From positions 81,244 to 145,243 of the IMG/VR virus record IMGVR_UViG_3300027896_000014: a stretch of 64,000 nucleotides of DNA. One strand, written 5' to 3'. Below, piece after piece: positions 49,455-59,730 of this stretch (positions are counted from its first letter, which is position 1; every line of letters starts with the position of its first letter). Under the pieces are notes generated by a model, which was given only the letters and a program-made list of their open reading frames with translations, did not search any database and was not told where the DNA came from. A program made the translations under genes and the position numbers. This DNA comes from a virus.

Positions 49455-50315
49455 CTAACTCTCCTTTACGCTTTTGCGTATTCTTAGATAAAATCGGCCT
49501 TCAAGGCCGGGAACCGAGGTCTGGGGTGCTTTTCGATAAGCCGCAGGCCTGCTCCATTTGCGATTTAGCTTTTTCCAATCCATCGGGTAAGATTCATTCC
49601 ACTCCGATCGATAAAGCTGAGAGAACGGCAAAAAACCAAGTTCATACACTCTTTCAAGTCTTCTCTCGGCCGCAGAGAGATTTTCCTTGTACCCAATCAT
49701 CACGTAGCAGCGCTTCTTGAGTATCGGAAAATCGGAGAGCAGTTCACTCGCTCTTTCGAGTTGGTGCAGTTGAGCATCGTGATCGCACGCAACCCATATT
49801 TCGGAGAGCCTTATCTTTTTTAACAAATCAACGTGCCACGCCTGAAGAAAACCGATATCGAGACCTCCCTTAAACTCGATCCCCTGCTTTTGTTTGCGGA
49901 GCATTTCAAAGACCTTCTCAATGTGCCCACGAGAGCACGCAAGAAGGTTATTGTCCTGAACGATATGACCCGGCACAATGTAAGACAATTCCCTGATCGT
50001 TCCTTCTCGCCCTGGCACAAAGCACCAGGGACAGGCACGGCGACAACCCCGACTCGTAATCGTTACGCCAAGCTTCAAAAATCGGCCGGCAACGAACTCG
50101 CCTCCCGGATCTCCCCAAGCCGGTCCGCCAATTCTCACGTCTGAATAGAACTGACTCCACGCTCTTCTCAGCCTTTCACCTTCGTGGATATCCCATGTTA
50201 ATGTGACAGAAATAAGAACCGGCCGTTCGGCCGGCCTAAATAGTGGCGGATCTCCGACAAAAACCAAATCATCATCGGGAGTCCATTTGGTTCGTCGAGG
50301 GAAAACTCTTATCAT
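49455..50315 (-). CDS. Radical SAM protein
   Basis: SRGCRRACPWCFVP..EG, DNN.LA, YVMIGY. Confidence 0.85.
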   Translation of the reverse strand: MIRVFPRRTKWTPDDDLVFVGDPPLFRPAERPVLISVTLTWDIHEGERLRRAWSQFYSDVRIGGPAWGDPGGEFVAGRFLKLGVTITSRGCRRACPWCFVPGREGTIRELSYIVPGHIVQDNNLLACSRGHIEKVFEMLRKQKQGIEFKGGLDIGFLQAWHVDLLKKIRLSEIWVACDHDAQLHQLERASELLSDFPILKKRCYVMIGYKENLSAAERRLERVYELGFLPFSQLYRSEWNESYPMDWKKLNRKWSRPAAYRKAPQTSVPGLEGRFYLRIRKSVKES

Positions 50316-50325
50316 CTAAGAACCT

Positions 50326-51096
50326 CTATTTTCTGTAATTCCATCTTTTTTGCCACTCAGAATACATTCTCATTTGGTTATTAGCGAACTTGAAAATGAG
50401 GGCGACTACGGCCTCGGTATCCGGCTTGCTTTCCTCTCCATCCTCAAAGTCCCGAAGAGCCTTTCCAAAAAAGTTTCCCAGTTTTACGTTGAAATGAGTA
50501 AACATTTGGGAGAGATTCAGACGGATGCCTGCGTTTGTAGGACCTTCCTTGTGTGCTTTGATCCATGCTTTAATTTTTTCTTCTGGGATGTTGAGTGCCT
50601 TAGAGACAGCTGGAACTGTAGACCCCCTACTGATAAGATCCAAAACTTCATTTTTCTGTTTATTGATAATTTTCCAGCTTGCGGCTTGATAGCATGCGCG
50701 AATTAGACCTCCTAGAAGGATTTCTTTAAACTCTTCTAAGATTCTCTTCCTTGAATAGTTTTTGTTAATCAGCATCATCATCGTTCGAGTTATATCGTTT
50801 TTGGTTGGAGGAAGTGCACCGCCGACATTTGAACTAAGAGCTAGCTTGATGATCTCAATTGTGCTATCCTCATCAATAACTTGGGCCTCAATGGATTCAG
50901 CACCGCTATCCCTGTATGCCTCAACACGATGCCTGCCGTCGATAATCTCTAAATTTTTTGTAATTTTGATGGGGGGTAGCGGTACTCCTCCATCAATAAG
51001 ACTCCAAAGATACAACTCATGCTCATGGTTAATGATTGTTCTTATTCCAAACTTATCTTTCAACTCTGAGACTTTTACCAAAATGATCTTACCCAT
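50326..51096 (-). CDS. ParB/Srx-like N-terminal domain plus HTH
   Basis: PPI.I.....IIDGRHRV.A; later TVPAVSKALNIP...IK.WI. Confidence 0.75.
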   Translation of the reverse strand: MGKIILVKVSELKDKFGIRTIINHEHELYLWSLIDGGVPLPPIKITKNLEIIDGRHRVEAYRDSGAESIEAQVIDEDSTIEIIKLALSSNVGGALPPTKNDITRTMMMLINKNYSRKRILEEFKEILLGGLIRACYQAASWKIINKQKNEVLDLISRGSTVPAVSKALNIPEEKIKAWIKAHKEGPTNAGIRLNLSQMFTHFNVKLGNFFGKALRDFEDGEESKPDTEAVVALIFKFANNQMRMYSEWQKRWNYRK

Positions 51097-51211
51097 TACC
51101 TTTTCTCCTTTCGTTTAATTTAGCGTATCGTATATTTTAAGCCCTACCACAAAATTATATCTCACCTCCCTTTTTCTCTGATAAGAGTTGCAACTCAATT
51201 GCAAGTCCCCC

Positions 51212-52924
51212 TCAATTCTTCAGGAATAAGGCCTCTCCAGCTTTAACCTTACCATCTCTGGTTTCTGCCAGTCCGTTGCGCCGGAGAGTTCCCAAATAGG
51301 CCCCGAATGTTCCTGAATTCGCTGTAAGCTCTGCATGTTCGGCCAATTCCTCTTTGGGTATCGAGTCGGGATATGCTTCAACCAATATGTCAAGGAGCTT
51401 CCTTTCCCCAGCCCTTAAAGAGTTTCTCCACATATCGATTATTTCGTCAGTCGTTTGAGGAACGGATTTAATCCCTCCATGAACGTAAAGGCCAAGCTCT
51501 GAAACTTGAATCCCATTATGGCCTTCGTCAATAAGATTGGCTCTTTTGAGCGTCCCGTAATAAGCCGAAAAGGTTCCACTGGTAACTCTTAACCTTGAAA
51601 GAGTGGCAAGCTGGGCCTTTGTCAATCGGGCAGGATACCATCGGCACAAAACATCCAGCATCCTACGCTCCCCAAGGCGTAGAGTTTGAGGAGTATCGTC
51701 TTCTTTCACAATCCGTTTATCAAGAATTGGGTTAGTTCTTGGCTCAATCTTTGGCATAGGTTTCGGAGTTAACGTGGAGTATTTCTTAATGGCTTCCGTT
51801 ATTTCGATACCTTGCTTTGCCATCCGATCTACTGGAGCCTCAAGCTGATCACTGATCTTCCTGAGTCTCTCTACAAGTATTTCCAATCTCTCTATCTGAC
51901 TATCTTTAAGGATTGGTACTTCTTTGGTTTTGGTCTCAACGGTTTTAATCGGCATGGGTGTGTTTCGCAACTGTTTTTCAAGTTCCGAAATCTTCTTTCG
52001 GAGTTCCCGGGGATCCTCCTGCTTAACTCTTTCGATCGTGGCCGCAATTCGACCTTTCAACTTCTCAAGATCGACTTCTGCAAGGGATTTCGGAGCAGAC
52101 ACTTTCTCCCCAACTTTCGGAGTGGCACTGCTATCAAACGTCTCTCTGAGTCGAATCGTTACTCGCTTAAAGATATTTCTTGCCGGTGCCCATACCCACT
52201 TCTCTTTTGTGGACAAGGAGGCAAGGGATTCCCAAAAGGCTTCCTTCTGGTGTTCCGTGCCATGGGCATCAATCCAGGCCTGGACCGCCTTACGATCCTG
52301 GGGAGAGATCATCCGACCAACAATCAGGGTAGATGCCTGCGTCAAAATATTTTTATTCAGGGTAGCTGGCCTCTGTGTCACCATCGTAATGCCAATCCCT
52401 CTTGCTCTACCCCGACGTACCAAAACTTCCATGGCTCTCAGCGTTCGAGCCTCTTCCCTGAATGGGCGTTGCGGGGCCCATTCGTCCGCCTCATCTATAA
52501 ATAAATGCATGGCATTTCGGTTCATTTGGAAGAGCCGTGCAAGAAAATCCAGAACAAACCGGGAGGCTTCGCCTTTTGTGAATTCTGAGATATCCAAGAC
52601 CGCCGGCTGCCGTTCACCTACTATCCAGTCCGCAATGACCTTCCCGGCCATTGACTCGAGAGGGACATCTCCGTGAGCTCCACCCAGGATCACAATAGGC
52701 AGGCCTGGCGATTTACCGTCTATTGAGGAACGCAAGCCCCAACACACTCCCATGGTGTCTATGACGACCGCAGGAAGGTTGCGTTTCACCATTTCCTCAA
52801 CCAATGTAAGGAAGGCATAAGTTTTCCCAGATCCCTTTATTGCCAATATCCCAATGGTATCAGTCACTATGTCTAAGGGAAGTGCCAAACTATCCGATAT
52901 CCGAAGCTCGTTTCCTTTTTCCAT
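51212..52924 (-). CDS. HerA/FtsK-like ATPase (DUF87) with two C-terminal winged helices
   Basis: A.KGSGKT, VVID..G, FIDEADE, RGRARGIG....TQRPA. Confidence 0.85.
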   Translation of the reverse strand: MEKGNELRISDSLALPLDIVTDTIGILAIKGSGKTYAFLTLVEEMVKRNLPAVVIDTMGVCWGLRSSIDGKSPGLPIVILGGAHGDVPLESMAGKVIADWIVGERQPAVLDISEFTKGEASRFVLDFLARLFQMNRNAMHLFIDEADEWAPQRPFREEARTLRAMEVLVRRGRARGIGITMVTQRPATLNKNILTQASTLIVGRMISPQDRKAVQAWIDAHGTEHQKEAFWESLASLSTKEKWVWAPARNIFKRVTIRLRETFDSSATPKVGEKVSAPKSLAEVDLEKLKGRIAATIERVKQEDPRELRKKISELEKQLRNTPMPIKTVETKTKEVPILKDSQIERLEILVERLRKISDQLEAPVDRMAKQGIEITEAIKKYSTLTPKPMPKIEPRTNPILDKRIVKEDDTPQTLRLGERRMLDVLCRWYPARLTKAQLATLSRLRVTSGTFSAYYGTLKRANLIDEGHNGIQVSELGLYVHGGIKSVPQTTDEIIDMWRNSLRAGERKLLDILVEAYPDSIPKEELAEHAELTANSGTFGAYLGTLRRNGLAETRDGKVKAGEALFLKN

Positions 52925-53100
52925 ACCCGTTTACCTCGACTTCTCCTTAAAGATATCCTCTAACTTGTCCTCTTGTGCCTCAGTGAGATCCCCGTGAGCC
53001 TTGAAATACCTCTCTACAGATTCAACAAACTTTTCTTCCCAATCGCTGAGGGTATTGAAATCGAGACCCGAGATAATCCAACTAAGTCTATCCTTCGTCA

Positions 53101-53859
53101 TTATTCAAACATCACCGTTTGATCGGGGTTACCTTTGCCGCCACCCCTGGAAGACAACCACCATTCAAACATTTCCTTACCAGATTTCCATCTTTGCATA
53201 GAAGGTCTACCATGATTTTTTTCATAGAGCTTTATGAACGCTTTCTCAAAAGCTCCCTTCATCCTCGGCCAGCGTTCGGCTTCCCTTGCCCTCGAATAAT
53301 TGTATGGACACATCACGCAACCAATCCGCTTGAATCCCTCATCATAGAGACAACAATATGGAAGATTTCTCTCCTTGATAAATGCCCAAACGTCCTGCTC
53401 GGTCCAATCAATAATTATGTTTACATAGGTTTTGGATGAATCCCTGTAACATTGTTCGACCATTTTACGACCCGCTCGCTTCTGGGATTCGTCAGATCTG
53501 ATGCCAGTCAGAACCCTTCTACCAGATCCAGAATTCTCTTTATACTCCTGGCAGCACCATCGGTTGATACGCATCGGGAAGCCTTTTTCAACCATTCTCG
53601 CAAGGAAAGGCTTTTCTGGTCTTTCCCAAACCACATCGGAATGATGCTTACGAATGAAATAAATCAATTCAGGCGGATCAATGGTGGTCACGTTGTAATG
53701 CCAATCGACCTTAACTCCGACCATTTCAGCCAATTCTTTAATCACACAGGAGTCCTTACCTCCAGAAAAAGCACCAAAGTATCCTTCAGGCGGCTCAAAT
53801 ATCCTCAACCGTTCAATTGTTTCTTTAACCTTGTCGTGGCCGAATAGATCTCTGCTCAT
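53101..53859 (-). CDS. PAPS reductase family (PP-loop) protein
   Basis: AFSGGKDS, RWCC...K, GIR.DES..R, RIGCVMCP. Confidence 0.85.
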   Translation of the reverse strand: MSRDLFGHDKVKETIERLRIFEPPEGYFGAFSGGKDSCVIKELAEMVGVKVDWHYNVTTIDPPELIYFIRKHHSDVVWERPEKPFLARMVEKGFPMRINRWCCQEYKENSGSGRRVLTGIRSDESQKRAGRKMVEQCYRDSSKTYVNIIIDWTEQDVWAFIKERNLPYCCLYDEGFKRIGCVMCPYNYSRAREAERWPRMKGAFEKAFIKLYEKNHGRPSMQRWKSGKEMFEWWLSSRGGGKGNPDQTVMFE

Positions 53860-54320
53860 TTAAACTCCAAGTCTCCAGGCGGCGTCCAGTTCCAGAGACC
53901 CAGGGCACCCTTTGCGGAAATCGGTTCTTTCAGTTTCCGGACATTTTCCAAAAACCACATGAAACGACCCAAGGTATAGTCTCCGAAGGCCTTCTCTTGG
54001 TCTGAGATCAAAAGCGGCCCCTCGTGGATTGGGAAGACAGTCTCAAGTTCACAGATTGCAATGATGTCTCCCCTGGGAAAAGGAAAATAAGCATCAATAA
54101 AAGAAAGATCTGGCGAGTTAAAATAATTTATGATGACCGAATCGAATGGCTCCTTATCGCAGACGTAATACTTCGATCTCATGTCAATATACTTTCTTTC
54201 CTGGCTCGCATGGATAGCCAGTGGACCTCGATACCTTGTTGGCCACGATCGAGTCTCAATTTTCTTCTCTGAAATTGAGATTAGGGTTGCCCAAGGCTGA
54301 TAAAGAGTAAGTGCCTTCAT
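53856..54320 (-). CDS. ASCH domain protein
   Basis: MKALTLYQPWATLI....K.IETRSW.T.YRG.LAIHA; G.LGLW. Confidence 0.85.
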   Translation of the reverse strand: MKALTLYQPWATLISISEKKIETRSWPTRYRGPLAIHASQERKYIDMRSKYYVCDKEPFDSVIINYFNSPDLSFIDAYFPFPRGDIIAICELETVFPIHEGPLLISDQEKAFGDYTLGRFMWFLENVRKLKEPISAKGALGLWNWTPPGDLEFK

Positions 54321-54501
54321 GCTCGGTATGGTCCTTTCAGAGTAAGCGCTTCGAGGAATTTCTCAGGATCTAATTCACTGTCGAGAATCGTACTCCATAT
54401 TTTCCCACCCATGGAGACAAGCACAATGGTGACTTCGGGGGCCTTCGTATCACCAGCAAGGTAGACACCGGGATTCTTAATCATGTGCTCAACTTCTTTT
54501 C

Positions 54502-54765
54502 TCATTTTGGCACCTCTCCGTTTTCATCCATGCAGATATCTACGGCAAACCTCATCCCCATTGCGGCAATCTGAATGGCCTCTTTGAACATCTTTCCATG
54601 GTCTCGCGCCTCTCTTTTCTTTTTAATCTCATCCCATAGTTCATCGTACTCTTCTTTGATAACGGCGATTCCTTCATGAGCTGAATGAAATGAACCATTG
54701 GACAGGACCGCTTCGTTGTATTCCTTCAAAATGGCTTGGATGACAGTATCTTCCGCTAAAATCAT
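54502..54765 (-). CDS. MazG-like small helical protein
   Basis: HEG.AVI.EE.DELWDE.K...EA.QIAAM..RF. Confidence 0.55.
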   Translation of the reverse strand: MILAEDTVIQAILKEYNEAVLSNGSFHSAHEGIAVIKEEYDELWDEIKKKREARDHGKMFKEAIQIAAMGMRFAVDICMDENGEVPK

Positions 54766-55157
54766 TTTGAACCTCCTCCGAATATCACCACCACGTCAAC
54801 CACCTCGATCTTCAACTCATTCCGTTCAACTGCCTCATGATCCTCAATACAGAGTGTAATCGCGTTCCCAGGTGTATCACTTCCAAGCTGAGACCTTTTG
54901 ACCAGATGGTGCGGCGTGAGGGCCTGTCTGGCTCCGCAATGCCGGCACGCCCAGCTATCCCGGGTAAAGATGGACTGGACAAACTTCTTGTACTCGTCGC
55001 CCTCAAGTTTCTCGCGGTGTGTTTTTGGAAAAGATTTATTCGGATGAGGATCAAAACACTCTATTTCACCGTTCTTAACCCGAAGGGCCTTGTGCCCGAC
55101 CTTGCGTTCCACTTTGTCTTCCTTCCTCCTTATTGGTAAAAAATTTCCATTTCCCAT
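54762..55157 (-). CDS. HNH endonuclease
   Basis: RD...CRHCG....L.PHH...RSQ.G.D...N..TLC..DH. Confidence 0.75.
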   Translation of the reverse strand: MGNGNFLPIRRKEDKVERKVGHKALRVKNGEIECFDPHPNKSFPKTHREKLEGDEYKKFVQSIFTRDSWACRHCGARQALTPHHLVKRSQLGSDTPGNAITLCIEDHEAVERNELKIEVVDVVVIFGGGSK

Positions 55158-55791
55158 CTTCCTTAATCACCTTGATCCCCTCGATCTTTCCCGCCTCGGC
55201 CCATTTGGGAATACAGGATCTTGCCGTGGCAGTGGAGGCGTAATGATGTTTCACATTGTTCAGCACATCTTTGAGACTGCAACCCTCGTTTACCTTCACA
55301 TACCGATAGATTTGGGAGCACGTTTCCTTGAAGGGAGACCAATGCCGGCCCTGGGCATTCCCTGCCTCGGCATAGGTTTTGTGGCCCTCACTCAAAGCAT
55401 TCAAGACGTAGGTCCGTGCATTTCCTGTGTGTCTTCGGAAAGCTGGGTGTTCTACCTCGGCGACGGGAGAACTCCAGTCAAACTCATACTGATTAACCTT
55501 CAAGAGACCTATGCCATAAGTTTTGAGAACACGCCCTGCAAACCCGATACCTCTTTTCCCAGCTGGGACAGCCACAGATACATAGTTGGCCCATGGCAGC
55601 CATTCGTAGGCTTGCCCAATAACTGAAAGGCTGAGGGTCATTTTGGTTTCGATCACCCAGCATACAGGACCTTGTCTGGCCACAATATCGGCGATAGCGC
55701 CACCCGGGAAAACTTGGACTTCCGAATAGCAATCCCACTTTTGGTCATCAAGCCAATCAATTACCTTTTTGGCAAGATCGACTTCCTTCAT
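55075..55791 (-). CDS. PD-(D/E)XK nuclease-like (MmcB-like) protein
   Basis: E..L...V..W.....W..Y.EV.....IADIV......VIETK.....V..QA. Confidence 0.65.
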   Translation of the reverse strand: MKEVDLAKKVIDWLDDQKWDCYSEVQVFPGGAIADIVARQGPVCWVIETKMTLSLSVIGQAYEWLPWANYVSVAVPAGKRGIGFAGRVLKTYGIGLLKVNQYEFDWSSPVAEVEHPAFRRHTGNARTYVLNALSEGHKTYAEAGNAQGRHWSPFKETCSQIYRYVKVNEGCSLKDVLNNVKHHYASTATARSCIPKWAEAGKIEGIKVIKEDGKWKFFTNKEEGRQSGTQGRAQGPSG

Positions 55792-55963
55792 CCGATCTTT
55801 CTCTCCAACTCGGTCCACTCCTCATCCGTCAGTGGTTTGCATGGAGGAGTATGGTCGCACTCCAAAATAGACCAGGCTCCAAATTTGAGATCTCTTTTAA
55901 GAGCGTTCAATTCTTCATCTGATTGAAGTGCTTTTCTAAACCGACAAATTGAGATGGGGATGC

Positions 55964-56953
55964 TCATTTTTCCCCCTCCACAAGAATCTCTCCGGTTTCT
56001 ACGTCGATCACCTCTCCTATGAACTTCACCTTGAGCGCCGCCTCAAGACTCGTCAGTATCCGGTGTAACACCTGGGCTTTCGGCATTGTCAAGTCGTCAG
56101 ACCCCGATGGATACGTGGATAGGAATTCTGGGCAAATAACGCCAGCAAGGAGATGTCCGTCCTTGTCTGAATTAACCATCTTTCTGGCGACATCCAGGGC
56201 TATTTTGACAATCTGCTCTTGTTCTGGGAAGAGATGGAAGGTCATCTTTTTGGTTTGGACTTTTACTTCTTCCGGTGTCTTTTTGCCCAAGGCAACCTGA
56301 ACTTTTCCCCACAGCATATGGACCGTCGTTTTCTTGTTGCGGGCCACATCAATCCAGTGGTCCCTATTCTTCTTCGTAACCACCGGACCAATCTCTTTAA
56401 GCCGGGACCACCCGATTTCTCCGGCAATCTCTCTTCCGATACCGACCTCATCACACTTTTTGCGGGTCATTCGTAAATAATCAATCGCTCTCCACTTGAG
56501 CTCGAGGGGGCCCAAAGCTACTTCACAGAAATCCTTCCAGTTTGTGTAGCCCAAATCGATGTAATGCCGACCCTCGAAGATCTCCTCGAGTATCTTGCCG
56601 AGATCGAACCAACGAACCTCAATTTCAGCCTTTAGGGAAAGGACCTGATCGTAAAGCTGTTGAGCCTTGCTCCTCATCCCCGTGATCGCTAATTGAGCCA
56701 CCAAAGAAGGGAGTGGAGACGGCGGCCTTTCGGTGATTTCTCCCTTAACGTCAGTATCATCACTCTCCTGTACCTGGGGGATATTGGGTTTCACTTCCTC
56801 CTTCTCGGCGGGTCCCGGGGTCTGTTCTGTCCTCACTTTATTGACCGCTCTGTTGAAGGGTTCACACTCCCACTGAATATCACATGGCTTGAGGCATATT
56901 TCTAAATCGACCTTTTTATTATCCCGTTTTGGACATATTACAAATGAGTGCAT
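55964..56953 (-). CDS. Hypothetical DNA-binding protein
   Basis: N-terminal Cys cluster; LG..L..I.....Y..LGY..W..F. Confidence 0.55.
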   Translation of the reverse strand: MHSFVICPKRDNKKVDLEICLKPCDIQWECEPFNRAVNKVRTEQTPGPAEKEEVKPNIPQVQESDDTDVKGEITERPPSPLPSLVAQLAITGMRSKAQQLYDQVLSLKAEIEVRWFDLGKILEEIFEGRHYIDLGYTNWKDFCEVALGPLELKWRAIDYLRMTRKKCDEVGIGREIAGEIGWSRLKEIGPVVTKKNRDHWIDVARNKKTTVHMLWGKVQVALGKKTPEEVKVQTKKMTFHLFPEQEQIVKIALDVARKMVNSDKDGHLLAGVICPEFLSTYPSGSDDLTMPKAQVLHRILTSLEAALKVKFIGEVIDVETGEILVEGEK

Positions 56954-56989
56954 TCTCCCTCCGAGTTGCAGTTGAATTGCAACTTTCAG

Positions 56990-57577
56990 TTAAGCCCGCC
57001 CCTCTCCCTTGATCGTGGCACTATGCCCACCCGAAGAGATTGTTACGCTCTCCCCTGGACCAAGGTTTTTCTTCATGTCGTCGTGAAATTCTTTAGCTAT
57101 CTCCTTTAAACCCTGCTCTTTGTTCACAAACAGCTCTCCCTGCGCTCGAATACCGTTAATGTAGTCTTCGGCTTCAGAAATCAGGTCTTCCAGGCGTTGA
57201 ACGCAGTCTTCTGATAGGCACTGCGACTTATCGCCATCCTCAGAATAGGGTTCGGACGGTTTATGAGGGGTATTTAGGTTCAAATTGACATTTGACAGAT
57301 TTAGGGACATTTGGGAAATGATCGTGGCCCCAAGAATTTCTGCTTCTCCGCCATAGGAAAATGAAACACCGGTCACCATGATTCGTTTTCGGTAGTCCTC
57401 CGGCAATTCGCACATAAAAATCACGTCTTCGGAGAGTGCCTGGAGTACGACCTGGAATTCGGGTTTTGGTTCGTTCGAACAAGCCAAAGAGAACTGATCC
57501 CAATCCTTGAGCTTATTTCGGAGTTCGTACTCTATCTTGACCTTCCCTTTACTGTACTTAATCTTTTGAAATCTCAT
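56990..57577 (-). CDS. Conserved hypothetical phage protein
   Basis: RBS AGGAGG; I.VTGVS.S...G..I pattern. Confidence 0.6.
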   Translation of the reverse strand: MRFQKIKYSKGKVKIEYELRNKLKDWDQFSLACSNEPKPEFQVVLQALSEDVIFMCELPEDYRKRIMVTGVSFSYGGEAEILGATIISQMSLNLSNVNLNLNTPHKPSEPYSEDGDKSQCLSEDCVQRLEDLISEAEDYINGIRAQGELFVNKEQGLKEIAKEFHDDMKKNLGPGESVTISSGGHSATIKGEGRA

Positions 57578-57892
57578 CGCTGACCTCCTTTTCAAATAAA
57601 AGACCAATTATTGTCTCATCCTCTTCCGAAAGTTCCTGGGAAAACGTGACGCTTTTGACGTACCTGGCTGAATCATCCTTGAGTAAACCTCCAAGTCTAA
57701 GGCCGTCAATCGCGGCTTTAGCACTGATCCCATCGGGATCTGCGAGCCTCCGGCGTCTTGAATGCACATGGATACGACATTTCTGATCCATTTCTTTATC
57801 CTCATCCGCTCCTGTAATCTCATGGAAAACAGTTGGTTCCATGTCGGGAGTTTGAACGGCAAAATAACCGTGATTTGTTTTACCTCAGCCAC
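57558..57892 (-). CDS. RusA-like Holliday junction resolvase split over two frames
   Basis: Frame A: LP..LPTWN...; frame B: R.R..D.DG...K..IDGL..GG.L.DDS..YV. Confidence 0.6.
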
Positions 57893-58217
57893 TATTGATC
57901 CTCCTCCCTTCCCCGCTCCTGGCCGATGTCCTCAATCACCGGCCTCCAAGGCCGGGAGCGGTCGGCCCATAAAATCACTCCTTAAAAATAGCCTTCCGCG
58001 GTCGGTTCCGGTGAATGTGCCGCTCCGGAAAGTACCTCCGAACGAACCATCCCAGAAATTCTGCCCTCTGGTCCTGCGTCATCAACCAGTCAAAATCCTC
58101 TCGCTTAAAAATCCACTCGATAATCCTCTTTCTCATACGTCCTCCTTATCTCAACCCCTCACCGGGGTTAAAGTCTTGTCTTGACGCTATTGCGTAAAGC
58201 GTGGCGTACCTTTATTA

Positions 58218-58790
58218 TCATTCCCCTACCCTATTAAGGGGTCCCCTTGCCAATTCCAACACCTTCTTTGGCTTCCCGATACTAATTGCTTTGGGGATAT
58301 CTTTTTCAAGACCCTTCGCAGCGTTCTCGCCTTCAAATAATCCGATTAGCTTTACGGGTTCAGTGTTTCCAAATCTTAGGTTTGCCAGATATAAAGCATC
58401 AAATTCCTTCTTCCTAAACTTCCACTCTTCGATTGTCCATCGGCTTATCTCAATCCACCCCCCCATCGTCTCAACAGCCCTCCCGATCGCTCCATCTTCG
58501 AAAATAACCGTATCATAATAGCCATGATCTCGAAGGGCGTTCATTAGGGTTTGGTAGGCAATAGCAACCTTATCTTCTGGTTTACCTTGAATTGCTTCTT
58601 CGATCTCGCCCATATTCGGAAGTCCTTTATACTGGCGAGTGCTCATCACCATCTGGCAGGCTGCTTCAAAGTCCTTAAATTCCCAGGATTGGAAAGCATT
58701 AAAATAGACCTTTGTTAGACCGGCCGATGGTTGAGCTCCAAAGTATTCTGCCATAATCCCAAAGGTTGCTGAGAACTCCTCAAGCGTCAT
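58218..58790 (-). CDS. Helicase-loader-like protein (DUF6475-like)
   Basis: Follows the initiator; G.Y.TV.FED..I...VE.MGGW...F..K.F...Y. Confidence 0.65.
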   Translation of the reverse strand: MTLEEFSATFGIMAEYFGAQPSAGLTKVYFNAFQSWEFKDFEAACQMVMSTRQYKGLPNMGEIEEAIQGKPEDKVAIAYQTLMNALRDHGYYDTVIFEDGAIGRAVETMGGWIEISRWTIEEWKFRKKEFDALYLANLRFGNTEPVKLIGLFEGENAAKGLEKDIPKAISIGKPKKVLELARGPLNRVGE

Positions 58791-59667
58791 GCTTTCCTTC
58801 TTTCCTTTTCTCCGTATCATAAAAATCGGCAATTCCAGGTTGAGGCTTAAAAAGTGGTGCCCTATCACTTCTTGTTGTATATTTACCCTCAAGAACCTTT
58901 AAGGCATTTGTATCATTCTTAATCAGCCAGTCGATATCTGGAGACCACGATTTCCTACCATCTTTTTCGGGAATCAAGACGAGATCTGACATTTCAAAGA
59001 CTTCCTTCCACCAGGTTATATTCGGGTGTTCTTTAATCCTTACCGTTAAGGAATCTCTCCTTGATTTATTTAACTCTTTCGGCCGCCTGAGATTTTTACA
59101 GGTTTCTAAAAACAGGCGGAATAGGTTATCCGGCGTTGCGAGATCTTCGGGATCAGGTAGAGGATTAGGCAGAGGTTCAGGAAGAGGAAGAGGAAGAGGG
59201 ATTCCAGAAGTCTTTAATAAAGGCTTCTGGAAGGCTTGTTGAAAGGCTTTATCAAAGGCTTCTCCGAGATTCTTTATAAATTCTTCTATTATTTGGTAGT
59301 ATTCTACCTTTAATTCGCATTCCGGAATTTGATCAAAATCTTTCGCCCATTTCTTGATCACATTGGGAGATTGTGGATCATCATATCTTAAAACATTAGG
59401 AATTACAATAACTTTTGACTTCCAATCTGCTTTAACCATGCCTTTCTCTAAGAGTTCGGCAAAGACTTTACGAAAGGCTTTAATTGGCCAATTAAGGTTC
59501 TCACAGAGACCCATTTCTCCGATATGAAAGATTCCAGGACAGCCAGTTGAATGAGGGCCAGTTAAGAGATATTGCCACAGGCTTTGACCGTTGGGTTGAG
59601 CCTTTGATAGGGCGCAAAATTTCTCATCTCCCCACATTTTCACGTCGATTTTTCGGTATCTGCTCAC
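58780..59667 (-). CDS. Phage replication initiator
   Basis: YRKI...MW.D.KF..LS...L..YLLT.PH...G; C-terminal DIDWL......KVLEGKY. Confidence 0.8.
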   Translation of the reverse strand: MSRYRKIDVKMWGDEKFCALSKAQPNGQSLWQYLLTGPHSTGCPGIFHIGEMGLCENLNWPIKAFRKVFAELLEKGMVKADWKSKVIVIPNVLRYDDPQSPNVIKKWAKDFDQIPECELKVEYYQIIEEFIKNLGEAFDKAFQQAFQKPLLKTSGIPLPLPLPEPLPNPLPDPEDLATPDNLFRLFLETCKNLRRPKELNKSRRDSLTVRIKEHPNITWWKEVFEMSDLVLIPEKDGRKSWSPDIDWLIKNDTNALKVLEGKYTTRSDRAPLFKPQPGIADFYDTEKRKEGKHDA

Positions 59668-59730
59668 GGTGTGGCCCTCTTTTCCCCAATATTTTTTCGT
59701 CCCGTCAACACTTTAAACACTCAACCCAAC

